Source: Longimicrobiales bacterium (GTDB lineage: Bacteria; Gemmatimonadota; Gemmatimonadetes; Longimicrobiales; Gaopeijiaceae). From it: DNA of 64,000 bases. Below are positions 10,582 through 20,549 of this stretch, piece by piece; the first letter of the stretch is position 1; each line of letters begins with the position of its first letter. Both the position numbers and the translations under genes were made by a program. The notes below the pieces were generated by a model. It worked only from the letters and a program-made list of their open reading frames with translations, made no database searches and had not been told where the DNA came from. Location: NCBI GenBank assembly GCA_965198065.1, contig CBDAON010000004.1:1568001-1632000 (forward strand), in the 5' to 3' direction.

Positions 10582-11820
10582 GTGACGCACGGCACGGAAA
10601 CGAGGGGACCGGCAGGAGCGGAGGCTGGCCGGGCCACCCGGATCCTGGAGGCGGTCCGGGCGAGACGGGGCGAGTGGGTGAGCTACCTGACACGCCTCGC
10701 GGCTCTAGAGTCTCCTACAAGGGAGCCGGCTGCACAGAGACCCCTCCAGGACCTCCTCTCCAGACGCCTGAGGGAGCTGGACTTCAAGGTTCGCCGGATC
10801 GCGGGGAACTCCAGTGGGGGGATGATCGTGGCGGTCGCCACCCGCCGGCCGCGAACCTGCTTTCAGCTCCTCGTGGGGCATACCGACACCGTGTGGCCAC
10901 GCGGCACTCTCGAGACAATGCGGGTCGAGGTGGAGGGGTCGATCCTCCGGGGCCCGGGTGTCTTCGACATGAAGGCAGGGCTCGCGAACGTGGTCACTGC
11001 GCTCGGGGTCCTCAGGGACCTCGGCCTCGAGCCGGCAGTGGCTCCCGTGGTGCTGTTCAACTCGGACGAGGAGACGGGAAGCCGGGACTCGACCCGGCAC
11101 ATTAGGCGGATCGGGAGCCGGGCGTCCCGGGTCTTCGTGCTCGAGCCGGCCCTGGGGCTCGAGGGAAAGATCAAGACAGCCCGGAAGGGGACGGGTGGGT
11201 TCAGCATCCGGATTCTCGGTCGCAGCGCGCACGCTGGAATGGAGCCGGAGAGGGGAGCGAGCGCCATTCAGGAGCTGGCCCTTCTGGTTCAGAGCCTCCA
11301 CGAGATGACCGATCCGGCGCGCGGGATCGTTGTGAACGTCGGTGAGATCCAGGGCGGTGTCGGACCGAACGTGGTGGCGGACGAGGCCCGAGCCGAGGTG
11401 GACTTCCGGGTGGACTCGGTCGAGCAGGGGCTCTGGGTTGCCGAGCGGATCCGAAGGCTCGAGCCCCGCGTCCCGGGGTGCCGGCTGGAGATCCGTGGGG
11501 GAGTGGTAAAGCCGCCGCTCGAGCGAACGCAGGGGAATCGCAGGCTCTGGAGAGAGGCTCGTCGAGTCGCGCTGGCGATGGGACTCCAACTGGAGGAGGG
11601 CCGGTCGGGGGGCGCGTCCGACGGAAACACGACGAGCCTCAGGACCCCGACGCTGGACGGACTGGGGGCCGTCGGGGACGGGGCCCACGCGTTGCACGAG
11701 TACGTCGACATCGACAGGTCGCTCGATCGATGCGCGCTCCTCGCCGGCCTGCTTCTCCTTGCGCCGATGCACGGCGCCGATCCGGTGGACGACCTCGGTG
11801 GGCCCGGACACGATGTGTGA
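10582..11820 (+). CDS. M20 family metallopeptidase (glutamate carboxypeptidase-like)
   Basis: GHTDTVWP, GPGVFDMKAG, SDEETGS, AHAG, GGASDGN, GAHALHE. Confidence 0.9.
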   Translation: MTHGTETRGPAGAEAGRATRILEAVRARRGEWVSYLTRLAALESPTREPAAQRPLQDLLSRRLRELDFKVRRIAGNSSGGMIVAVATRRPRTCFQLLVGHTDTVWPRGTLETMRVEVEGSILRGPGVFDMKAGLANVVTALGVLRDLGLEPAVAPVVLFNSDEETGSRDSTRHIRRIGSRASRVFVLEPALGLEGKIKTARKGTGGFSIRILGRSAHAGMEPERGASAIQELALLVQSLHEMTDPARGIVVNVGEIQGGVGPNVVADEARAEVDFRVDSVEQGLWVAERIRRLEPRVPGCRLEIRGGVVKPPLERTQGNRRLWREARRVALAMGLQLEEGRSGGASDGNTTSLRTPTLDGLGAVGDGAHALHEYVDIDRSLDRCALLAGLLLLAPMHGADPVDDLGGPGHDV

Positions 11821-12159
11821 CACGGCTCCGCTCGGTGAGCCTAGGCGCTTCGGACCGAACGAGAACTGGATCGAAAGCTCACTCACGCGCATCTGGCGGC
11901 CCAGCGGCCCAGCGGAGCGGCGATCACGGCGGAGCGTCTCGGAGGGGAGGGATGGGCGAGCGGGGATTACGTGCTGGCCGAGGTCATCGGTGATCCCGGG
12001 GGGCGGGGAGTCGAGCTGCCCAACGGACGTCTCGTGGAGTTGGCCGAGGGCGACCCTGTCATCGGTGCCCTGGGGAGTCGGTTTGCCCCGCTCGTGGCGA
12101 CGGGATCGTGGGAGGATGTCGGAGGCGACGGTCTGATGCATCTCCTCCGGTCGAAGTGA
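11813..12159 (+). pseudogene. Remnant of DUF1611-type protein N-terminus
   Basis: SLTRI..W.SGDYVLAEV..ELPNGRLVE..GD.VIGALG.R; an 8-bp tandem duplication (GCGGCCCA x2, 11896-11911) shifts the frame and the ORF ends after about 110 codons. Confidence 0.55.
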
Positions 12160-12166
12160 GGATGGC

Positions 12167-13285
12167 ATGAGAGTCCGCGGGGCGGAGCTCTCCGAGATCC
12201 GGCTCCCGCTGAGGGAGGCCTTCACCACGAGCAGGTCGGGGACGCGGCGCGGGCGGCGAGTCCTACTGGTGCGGGTGGTGGGGGAGGATGGGCTCGAGGG
12301 GTGGGGAGAGTGTGTGGCTGGAGAGGACCCGTCGTATTCGTACGAGACGACGGACACGGCCTGGGAGATCCTGACCCGCTTCCTTCTTCCCCACCTTCCG
12401 GGGCACGAGATCCCGGCTCCCGGGGACATCCTCGCGTCCTCAGGGTGGGTGCGCGGTCACCCGATGGCGAAGGCGGCCGTCGAGATGGCGGCCTGGGATC
12501 TTGAGGCCAAGGCACAGGGCGTGCCGCTCTGGGAGCTCCTGGGCGGCTCGGGCGAGCCAGTCCCCGTCGGCGTCGTCGTCGGGCTCGAGGCCGACGACGA
12601 CGCCCTCCTCTGCCGGGTGGAGGGCTACGTCTCGAGCGGGTATGCCCGAATCAAGCTCAAGATCGGCCCCGGGCGTGACGTCGGGATGGTTCGGGCCGTG
12701 CGCGATCGGTTTCCGGAGACGGCTCTGTCCGTGGACGGGAACGCCGCCTACTCGCTAGCGGACGAGGCCGTCTTCATCGAGCTGGACGAGCTGGGTTTGG
12801 TCATGATTGAGCAGCCGCTCGGCTCGGAGGACCTCCTCGACCACGCCCGGCTCCAGTCGCGGGTGCGCACGCCTGTGTGCCTCGACGAGTCGATCCGCTC
12901 GCCGGGCGACGCCGGGCTCGCGCTCGGGCTCGGCGCCTGCCGGATCGTGAACGTGAAGCCGGGGAGAGTTGGGGGGCACGCCTTGGCACGACAGGTCCAC
13001 GAGGTGTGCCGCGCCGTCGGAGCTCCGGTCTGGTGCGGGGGAATGCTCGAGACCGGAATCGGCCGTGCGCACAACCTGGCGCTCGCTACCCTTCCCGGCT
13101 TCACGCTCCCCGGGGACATCTCGGAATCGCGGCGCTATTGGACGCGGGACATCGTGACGCCGGAGCTCCGCATGGAGGAGGGCCGGATGGGGCCGACGTC
13201 CGCGCCGGGGATCGGGGTCGATCCGGATCGGGAACGGATCCTCGAGCTCACGGTTCGTGCGGCGAGCTTCGGATCGCTGGACTGA
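12167..13285 (+). CDS. menC: o-succinylbenzoate synthase / N-acylamino acid racemase (enolase superfamily)
   Basis: KLKIGP, VDGN, IEQP, LDESI, NVKPGRVGG, WCGGMLETGIGRAHN. Confidence 0.8.
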   Translation: MRVRGAELSEIRLPLREAFTTSRSGTRRGRRVLLVRVVGEDGLEGWGECVAGEDPSYSYETTDTAWEILTRFLLPHLPGHEIPAPGDILASSGWVRGHPMAKAAVEMAAWDLEAKAQGVPLWELLGGSGEPVPVGVVVGLEADDDALLCRVEGYVSSGYARIKLKIGPGRDVGMVRAVRDRFPETALSVDGNAAYSLADEAVFIELDELGLVMIEQPLGSEDLLDHARLQSRVRTPVCLDESIRSPGDAGLALGLGACRIVNVKPGRVGGHALARQVHEVCRAVGAPVWCGGMLETGIGRAHNLALATLPGFTLPGDISESRRYWTRDIVTPELRMEEGRMGPTSAPGIGVDPDRERILELTVRAASFGSLD

Positions 13286-13344
13286 CCCCCGGATGCGGGA
13301 CCTCGGAGGAGCCGGCGAGGCTCCGTGGCGGCACGAGAGCCGCC

Positions 13345-13986
13345 TTACCTCTCCCAGTCGAAGGCGGGGGTCCGCGCCTGGAACCGCTGGATGGGCAGCC
13401 CCAGGACCCGGACGAAGATCCGCCTGAGCCCGCGTCCCAGGGCGCTCCCTACCTCCGCGTCCCGGTCCATCGATGGAGCGAGGTCACCTTGGAGCCACCG
13501 CTCCAGCTCCTCCAGGTCCGAGAGCGCGAGCGTCTCCACCTCCAAGCGGGCGAGGTAGTAGTACCGGCCGGGATCGACGGGCGCCAGGGGAATGCGAACG
13601 GATCGAGAGAGGAGCCCGTCAGCCTCTTCCAGGGATGCGGCTTGGGCGATCGCCCCCTCCGTGGTCTCGACCCGATAGCTGTCGGCCAGGGGGTCGTGCC
13701 GGATCGTGGCTCGCCACTCGTACCGGCTCACCTGTGCGTCGAAGAAGCGGTCGCGCCAGAGCTCTGCGACGAAGAGAAGCCGAACCGGGAGCCCGGTTTC
13801 GAGCGAGCCTCGAATCCGGGGGCCGAGGAGGATCCCCGCCAGGTCCACCTGTGCTGTCCCGTCTGAGCTTCCCACGGTCATCCGAAGGGGCGCGTCCCCT
13901 TGGGCGCGGAGCGAGCACGGCGTCGCCAGGAGCAGGAGGAGCGCCACGAGCCCGAGAGGACCCGTGAGGGGGGGCCGGTGCCTCAC
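13345..13986 (-). CDS. DUF4390-like exported protein
   Basis: Signal peptide; GLPVRL.F..ELWR..FFD, HDPL..SY pattern; downstream of an NtrY/X-like pair. Confidence 0.55.
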   Translation of the reverse strand: MRHRPPLTGPLGLVALLLLLATPCSLRAQGDAPLRMTVGSSDGTAQVDLAGILLGPRIRGSLETGLPVRLLFVAELWRDRFFDAQVSRYEWRATIRHDPLADSYRVETTEGAIAQAASLEEADGLLSRSVRIPLAPVDPGRYYYLARLEVETLALSDLEELERWLQGDLAPSMDRDAEVGSALGRGLRRIFVRVLGLPIQRFQARTPAFDWER

Positions 13987-13994
13987 GGATCCGA

Positions 13995-15731
13995 TCAGAG
14001 CCGCTGTTCGAGCCTGACGAAGAAGTTCAGGCCGCGATCGCGCTGGTTCAGCGGATACGACCAGTAGAGCCTGAGCGGCCCGACGAAGAGCCCCACCCCC
14101 ACGTCGGCGCGTGTGGGGCTGTCAACTCGGGCGAGCCCGCTCAGGATCGAGCCTCGAGACCACCCCCGGCCCGCATCGAAGAAGACGGACCAGACAGGCC
14201 GCAGATCGAGCAGGGTAGCGAGCTCCGAGCCCTCCCACTCCGCGGGCAACGGGCGCCAGGAGAACGGGAGGAACCCCTGGACCTCGGCCTGAAAGAGGAC
14301 CGTACGGTCACATCCATAGGCAGGGAGCACCTCCACCCGCCCGGTGCCCCCATCCGCGTCCGCGGAGCTCGCGACGTAACGGCCCTCACGCGCTCCGCAG
14401 TCGATCGCGTACCTCCGATGGCCCGGGAGGCTTCCCTCGCCTCCCAAAGCGGTCTGGAGCTGGGGGGGGAGCGGCCCGTCGGAGAGGTTTCCCCTGGCCG
14501 CGGCGCGCAGGATCAGGCGCACGGTGGGGCCGACACGGGCGTAGCGGCGGACGTCGATGGCCCCGTGGGTGAAGCGGGGAATCGGATCTCCCTCGACCAG
14601 CGGGGGGGAGGACCCGCCTTCGGGGGGTGCCGGGGCGGAGGGGGGGAGCCGGAGCTCGCCCCCGACCTGGCGGGTCACCTCCAGGGAAAGCAGCCAGCCG
14701 TCCGACGGCTGGACGGGATCGTTCTGGGAGTTCCATGAGAGTGAGGCCCCGGCGCTTCGGAGCGGTCCCGTAGCCGCGAGCGGCATCGGACTCCACTCCT
14801 CCTCTCCCTCCCGAAGGGCCCACGGGCCTCGAACGGGGGCGGTGTCGTGCTCCTCGTAGGAGTACGTGAACATGGCCTGGAGAGGCGCCCGCGCGGGACG
14901 GACCTCGAAGAAGGCGGCCCAGCCCCTGCGGTCGTAGTGGTCCCGCACGTCCCGCCGGAGGAGGAAGGTCGATAGCGACGCCTCCAGGTCGCCGAGCCCC
15001 TGGTCCTCGATCGGGCTCGTGTCGTCCCAGGCCTCGGCTCCGATGAAGAGGTTGCCGCCGCCACCGACCGCTTGCCGCAGTCGGAACCAATAGCCCAGCT
15101 CCTCGGACTTCACGTGCAGCCCGGAGACGGATCGCCAGATCGCGAACGTCTCGAGTGAGAGCGGATTCGATCCGCCTGTGCGGATCATGGGACCCACGTG
15201 CACGGGCAGCCCTTCCACCCGGTTGTACGCGGCGGCCGCGCGGAGCCCCAGTCGGGCCTGCCCGAACCCCAGGTCGGCCAAGAGGAATCCGGACGGCAGG
15301 GCGTCATCCGGGCGCGCCTCGATCCGGCCCTCCTGGACGCGGTAGCTCAGGGGCGTGGTGTACATGCGGACGGCGCCGATCACCGCGGCCTGGTCCTCGC
15401 CGGAGAGCGCCCCTCCGACCACCAGCACGTTGCCCTCCACCCGCGCGCTCGGCGAGAGCCCGAGGTCACCGTTCACGACGAGGAGCGAGCCGGCGACGGT
15501 CCCGGCAACCTGAATGGATCCCGCGAGCACGGCGATGTCGCCGTCGATGCGGGATCCGGCCGGCACCCTCGCGGCACCCGAGAGGCGGAGCACGTCGGGC
15601 CCATTCAGGATGTCCAGAACTTCCTGGAGGACCTGCGGGGGGAGCGGCCCCTCGACGGCGGCAACCTGCCCCTGGATGGGCCGGGCCGCGAGGAAGAGCA
15701 GGAGAGAGGCGGCGACGGCGCGAGAGGACAC
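13995..15731 (-). CDS. Outer-membrane protein: beta-helix (bactofilin-like) N-terminus plus Omp85/BamA-like barrel
   Basis: Signal peptide, repeated G-D/N-hydrophobic-G strands, YNRVEG, FFDAGRGW, C-terminal FFVRLEQRL. Confidence 0.6.
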   Translation of the reverse strand: MSSRAVAASLLLFLAARPIQGQVAAVEGPLPPQVLQEVLDILNGPDVLRLSGAARVPAGSRIDGDIAVLAGSIQVAGTVAGSLLVVNGDLGLSPSARVEGNVLVVGGALSGEDQAAVIGAVRMYTTPLSYRVQEGRIEARPDDALPSGFLLADLGFGQARLGLRAAAAYNRVEGLPVHVGPMIRTGGSNPLSLETFAIWRSVSGLHVKSEELGYWFRLRQAVGGGGNLFIGAEAWDDTSPIEDQGLGDLEASLSTFLLRRDVRDHYDRRGWAAFFEVRPARAPLQAMFTYSYEEHDTAPVRGPWALREGEEEWSPMPLAATGPLRSAGASLSWNSQNDPVQPSDGWLLSLEVTRQVGGELRLPPSAPAPPEGGSSPPLVEGDPIPRFTHGAIDVRRYARVGPTVRLILRAAARGNLSDGPLPPQLQTALGGEGSLPGHRRYAIDCGAREGRYVASSADADGGTGRVEVLPAYGCDRTVLFQAEVQGFLPFSWRPLPAEWEGSELATLLDLRPVWSVFFDAGRGWSRGSILSGLARVDSPTRADVGVGLFVGPLRLYWSYPLNQRDRGLNFFVRLEQRL

Positions 15732-15839
15732 GACTGGCCTCCGGACTGCGGTGAGCGCGCTAACGCGTGAGCGAGTGTACCAGATTAGCTACGGAAGCGC
15801 TGCGTGTGTACGGTGCTCCGGGCCTCACAGGATCTCCAC

Positions 15840-17237
15840 CTAGTCCCGCGCTCGGATCCCCAACCGCCTCAGGCGGCGGTAGAGGTTGGCGCGGTCGGTC
15901 CGGAGCCTGCGGGCGGCCTCGGCCACGTTTCCGCTTGAGGCGTCGAGGGCGTCTCGGATCAGGCCGGCCTCGAATTCGTCCAGTCGGTCGGTCAGGGACC
16001 CGGTCTCCCTGGAGGGCCTCGGGGCTGGCGGGGCGCTCGTCTTGGTGGTGTCGAGGGTGCGGCGGATGCCCCCGGCTTCCACGGGGCGCCCTGCGTGGAG
16101 GATCGAGAGGCGCTCGAGAAGGTTGATGAGCTCGCGGACGTTTCCCGGCCAGGAGTGAGCCGCGAGCTCCGCGACCGCTGCCTCGGTGAGCTCGGGGGGG
16201 GTGAGGCCGTCTCTTTGTCGCAGCCGCTGCCCGATGTGGTCCACGAGGAGCGGCAGGTCCTCGGGCCGCTCCCTGAGTGGCGGCATCCGAAGGGGAACGA
16301 CGTCGAGTCGGAAGAGGAGGTCCTCCCGGAACCGCCCCGACCCGACGTCGGCGGGGAGGTCCCGGTTCGTGGCGGCGATCACCCTCACGTCCACCCGGAT
16401 CGGATCTCGTCCGCCGAGCCGCTCGAGCGCTCCGCTCTCGAGCACGCGAAGGAGCTTTCCCTGGGCCTCCGCGCCGAGATCCCCCACCTCGTCTAGGAAC
16501 AGCGTTCCCCGGTGCGCCAGCTCGAAGCGCCCGAGGCGCCGCGACGTGGCCCCCGTGAAGGCTCCCCGCTCGTGCCCGAACATCTCGCTCTCCACCAGGT
16601 CCCTCGGGATCGCCGCGCTGTTCACGCGCACGAACGGGCCGCCCGCCCTGGCCGACAACTCGTGTATCGCGGTGGCGGCGAGCTCCTTTCCCGTCCCGCT
16701 CTCGCCGACGATCAGGACGCGCGCCTCCGTCGGAGCCACCTTGGCGATCGTGTCGCGGACGCTCCGCATGGCGGGGCTGGACCCGACCAGGAGCTCGCCG
16801 GGGGCGGTCTCGTCCCGTAGGACCCGGGAGAGGGCCCGGGCGCGGCTCACCTCGAGGGCGCCCCGGAGGGTCACGAGGAGGGCTTCGGCCGAGAGGGGCT
16901 TCTCGAGGAAGTGGAACGCCCCCTCGCGGGTGGCTCGGACGGCGTGGGCCAGGGTGGCCTCGCCACTCATCATCACGATGGGTGTGCCCGGGAGCGCGTC
17001 CCTGAACCGGGGGAGGCTCTCGAGCCCCGAGGCTCCCGGGAGGACCAGGTCCAGCAGCACCGCCTCGGGGCGATGCTCCGCGAGAAGGCTAAGGCCCTTC
17101 TCGGCGCTTCCCGCCTCGACGACCGCGAACCCATTTTCCTCGAGGAGCGACCGGACCATCCGCCGGAGGTTCGCCTCGTCGTCGACGACCAGAATCTTCA
17201 CGACGGGGATCGGCCGGAAGGGGAGCCATCCTTCCAC
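15840..17237 (-). CDS. Sigma-54-dependent response regulator (NtrX/NtrC-like)
   Basis: REC domain (VDDE, LDLVLP, KP), GESGTGKE, GAFTGA, FLDEVG, WPGNVREL, C-terminal HTH; start may be about 17201. Confidence 0.93.
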   Translation of the reverse strand: MEGWLPFRPIPVVKILVVDDEANLRRMVRSLLEENGFAVVEAGSAEKGLSLLAEHRPEAVLLDLVLPGASGLESLPRFRDALPGTPIVMMSGEATLAHAVRATREGAFHFLEKPLSAEALLVTLRGALEVSRARALSRVLRDETAPGELLVGSSPAMRSVRDTIAKVAPTEARVLIVGESGTGKELAATAIHELSARAGGPFVRVNSAAIPRDLVESEMFGHERGAFTGATSRRLGRFELAHRGTLFLDEVGDLGAEAQGKLLRVLESGALERLGGRDPIRVDVRVIAATNRDLPADVGSGRFREDLLFRLDVVPLRMPPLRERPEDLPLLVDHIGQRLRQRDGLTPPELTEAAVAELAAHSWPGNVRELINLLERLSILHAGRPVEAGGIRRTLDTTKTSAPPAPRPSRETGSLTDRLDEFEAGLIRDALDASSGNVAEAARRLRTDRANLYRRLRRLGIRARD

Positions 17238-18589
17238 CGTCCGCTCTCCGGAGGCGCGTTATCCCCCGCTCCGGGGGCGTCGAACGGAAGCCGAACCACG
17301 AACCCCGAGCCCCCACCGTCCCTGTTGAACGCCCAGACGACGCCGCCATGCGCCTGAACGGCCTTCCGCACCAACGGAAGGCCGAGCCCGGTCCCCCGCC
17401 GCTTGGAGGTGAACTCGGGCTCCCACATGCGATCGAGAACCGGAGGTTGCATGCCGGGGCCCCGGTCGAGCACGCGGATCTCGGCCCCCGCCTCGAGCGA
17501 CCGGAGCGTCAGCCGAACGGAACGGCCGGCGCCGCTCTCTGTGGTGGCCTCCTGCGCGTTGGCGAGGAGGTTCCGCACGACGCGCTCGAGAGAGTCAAGA
17601 TATCCCAGCACCTCCACCGGACCCTGCGGCGCGTCCAGGTCGATCGGCACCTCGGGGGTCGAGAGCTTCCGAGCTAGCGATGTCACGAGCTCGGTCAGAT
17701 CGACGCGCGCCGGAGGCCCCTCGACGGGGCGACCGAAGTGGGCGAACGCTCGGGCTAGGGTCTCCAACCGCACGATCTCCTCGCGAAGGACATCCCCCGC
17801 CTCGGCGATCGGGGGCTCGCTCGAACGAGCCACCCGCTCGGCGGCGAGGCGCATGGGGGTGAGCGGATTCTTGAGCTCGTGGGCCACTCCTCTGGCCATC
17901 TCCGCCCAGCTCCGCGTACGGATCCGATCGGCCTCGCGGAGCCGCGCCTCCGCGAGACGCTCGGCTGTGGTGCGGAGCGCGCTCTTGAGGACGCCAAACT
18001 CCCGGATCTCCCTTCGCTCCGCTGCCTCATCAGGGAGAGGGAGCGGCTCACCGGCCCCCAGCGCGCGGGTCCAGCCGACGATCTCCTCGACCGGGCGAGA
18101 GAGCCTCTTCGAGAACCAGGTCGCGGTAACCAGGGCGAGGGCCGCAACGAGGAGGAGGAGGCCCGCGCTCAGAACCGGGACCAGCGACAGGAGCCGTCCT
18201 CCCAGAAAGCCGTAGAGCCTCGAGAACTGCACCGATTGGGCGAGCTCATCCCTGTGACGCTCAGCGACCGCCACGAGATCGGACGGGACGTCCTCCAGAG
18301 CCGAGAGCCCGTCGAGCAGTGCCTGGCCCGTGCGGCCGACTTGCTCCCAGGCGCCGGCGCTTCCCGTGGACCGGACCACCTCGCGGAGGCCGAACGCCCC
18401 CGCGCCGAGCAGGAGGACCGTCGGAACGAGCGCGACGAGCAGGAGGACGAGGAAGGTCTGCGTCCGGAACCCCCGGGAGCGGGTGGAATGCGACAGGACC
18501 GGAGCGCCGCCGGATCGGGCATCAGATCCTGGGCTGCTCCGTCCTTCTCGGGGCTGCGGGATGGGCCGGAAGGACGACGGTCCTGGCAT
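17198..18589 (-). CDS. HAMP-domain sensor histidine kinase (NtrY-like)
   Basis: Two TM segments, AHELKNPLTPM H-box, NLLANA, DRGPG, GTGLGL. Confidence 0.9.
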   Translation of the reverse strand: MPGPSSFRPIPQPREGRSSPGSDARSGGAPVLSHSTRSRGFRTQTFLVLLLVALVPTVLLLGAGAFGLREVVRSTGSAGAWEQVGRTGQALLDGLSALEDVPSDLVAVAERHRDELAQSVQFSRLYGFLGGRLLSLVPVLSAGLLLLVAALALVTATWFSKRLSRPVEEIVGWTRALGAGEPLPLPDEAAERREIREFGVLKSALRTTAERLAEARLREADRIRTRSWAEMARGVAHELKNPLTPMRLAAERVARSSEPPIAEAGDVLREEIVRLETLARAFAHFGRPVEGPPARVDLTELVTSLARKLSTPEVPIDLDAPQGPVEVLGYLDSLERVVRNLLANAQEATTESGAGRSVRLTLRSLEAGAEIRVLDRGPGMQPPVLDRMWEPEFTSKRRGTGLGLPLVRKAVQAHGGVVWAFNRDGGGSGFVVRLPFDAPGAGDNAPPESGRWKDGSPSGRSPS

Positions 18590-18826
18590 GAGACATCCGC
18601 CGGAATCGGGGGCGTCGGGCGGGGCAAGAAAGGTAGGACTCGCCTGCGGCAGCGGGCAAGAAAGCGAAACGACGGCGGAGCGCGACGCCTCGGGACTGCT
18701 CCTCGGTGAGGGTTGCGCTGAACCGGCTGGCCGACTGCCGTCTCCGGCTGAGGGAAGGAAACCCGGTGGAGCGGCGGCTTCGCGACGGGACGTGGGGGAG
18801 GTTCCCGCGCGCGTGACGGAGCCGGT

Positions 18827-20170
18827 TCAGGGATCGGGCGGAGCCCTCCGCAGGCATTCGGGGCAGTAGCGCCAGCCGCGCCTCAGGACCCGACCGCAGA
18901 TACACGCCTGCACCCTGCACCATCCGCAGTAGGGGCAGCCCCGACCGTCTCTCGGTACGCTCCCTCCGCAGCGTACGCAGGGAAGCGACTCGCCGGGATC
19001 CTCCCGGAGCACGCGTGCCACCTCGTGAAGCGTCGTGACCCCCTCGGACACCTTCCGCCGGGCGTTCTCGGCCATTGTGGCCATTCCGGCTTCCTCGGCC
19101 AGGCGCCGAAGCTCCCCGCCGGCCGCGCCTCTCGCGATGGCGTCCCGAATGCCCTCCGTGATGGTGAGCACCTGGAAGACCCCGATCCGGCCCCGATATC
19201 CATGATGACAGGCGGGGCACCCGGCGGGGTGCCCGTCGCAGCGGCGGCGGCTGCGCCGGATCAGCCGTTGGGCGACGATGCCCGAGAGCCCTCCGGCCAG
19301 GAGGTGCGGCTAGACCCCCATCTGGAGCAGGCGGGTGATCCCCGAGGGAGCGTCGATCGTGTGGACGGTCGACAGCACGAGGTGGCCCGTGACGGCCGCG
19401 GCCATCGCGATCTCGGCGGTCTCCCGATCGCGGATCTCCCCAATCATGATCACGTCCGGATCCTGCCGAAGCACGGAGCGGAGCGCCGAGGCGAACGTCA
19501 GACCCGAAGCCGGATTCATCTGCACCTGGTTCACGCCGGGGACGCGGTACTCGACCGGGTCCTCCAGCGTGACGACGTTCGAGGCCACGCGGTCGACCTC
19601 GCCGAGGGCGCCGAATAGGGTTGAGCTCTTCCCGCTTCCCGTGGGGCCGGCGGTGAGGACAACGCCCCGTCCGCCGCCAACCAGGGCGCGTACGCGGGAG
19701 AGGTCCTCCGGGGAGAACCCGAGGTCGGAGAGGTTCGCTGGAACCGCGCGCGGGTCGAGGAAGCGTAGGACCGCCTTCTCGCCTCCCTCGGCGGGGAGGG
19801 TCGAGACGCGGATGCTCAGGGACCGCCCCCCGTGAACGAACGGGAGCCCCCCGTCCTGGGGGCGTCGCTTGACCGAGATGTCCATCCCGGCCAGAACCTT
19901 GATGTGGGAGAGCACGGAGGCTCGCGCCCCCACGGGAAGGTCGGCCACCTTCTGGAGGACGCCGTCGATCCGCTCTCGCACGACGAGCTCTCCGGGGCCG
20001 TGCTCGACGTGCAGGTCGCTGGCGCCCGCGTCCACGGCGCGCCGGAGAAGGAGATCCACGACGCGAACCACAGGGGCGCCGGTAGGGTTGTCGTAACGGG
20101 CCTCCGGCTTCGCCGCTGAGGCCGTGCGGTCGGGACCGGAGGGAAGGGCGCGAGCTAGATCGGTCACCTC
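18827..20170 (-). pseudogene. GspE/PilB-type ATPase, 3' part (separated from its 5' part by an insertion; in-frame TAG at 19310-19312)
   Basis: ASDLHVE, PQDG, GPTGSGKSST, TLEDPVE, LRQDPDVIMIGEIRD, TGHLVLSTVH; MGV*PHLLA..AQRL continues in frame to a C-terminal double Zn ribbon. Confidence 0.88.
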
Positions 20171-20180
20171 GCTGACCGGG

Positions 20181-20546
20181 ATGGCACCGACCGCAGCCCT
20201 CTCGCCTGGCCGCTTCGGGAAACTGTTTCGTGGCGGCATGAGTGGCGGCGGCATGGGCGCCGGTGTCGTGAGTCCGACGATCGTGGGGAACACCGCGACC
20301 GCCGAGAACCTCTTTCCCGGCGCCGGCGTTCGGGCCGAGGGTCCCGGGGGCGGCGGGTTCTTCGACGGGATGAACGAGCTCGAGAAGGCATTCCTTCTCA
20401 CGGCGGGGCTGGGCACCATAGCCGACATCGGCGGCGGCATCTACGACCGCGTGAAGCAAAGCAAAGACGAGAAGCGGGAGCGCGAGCGAAAGGACCGGGC
20501 TGGCCGGTCCATATCAGCCGTCCTCAGCCGGCCGAGGAGCTACTAG
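20181..20546 (+). CDS. Small Gly-rich phage protein, putative ejection/internal virion protein (possibly 5'-truncated)
   Basis: Gly-rich stretch, hydrophobic AFLLTAGLGTIADIGGGI, charged C-terminus; first gene of the cassette. Confidence 0.5.
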   Translation: MAPTAALSPGRFGKLFRGGMSGGGMGAGVVSPTIVGNTATAENLFPGAGVRAEGPGGGGFFDGMNELEKAFLLTAGLGTIADIGGGIYDRVKQSKDEKRERERKDRAGRSISAVLSRPRSY

Positions 20547-20549
20547 GAG

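Noticed and set aside
18690..18870. 6S or SRP RNA
   Set aside because: No SRP GGAAGGAAGCAGC-type core; the putative 3' arm overlaps the gspE coding end.
19310..19312. Pyrrolysine/amber readthrough
   Set aside because: No pyl genes here, TAG terminates other genes in the window normally, and the gene is already broken by the insertion.
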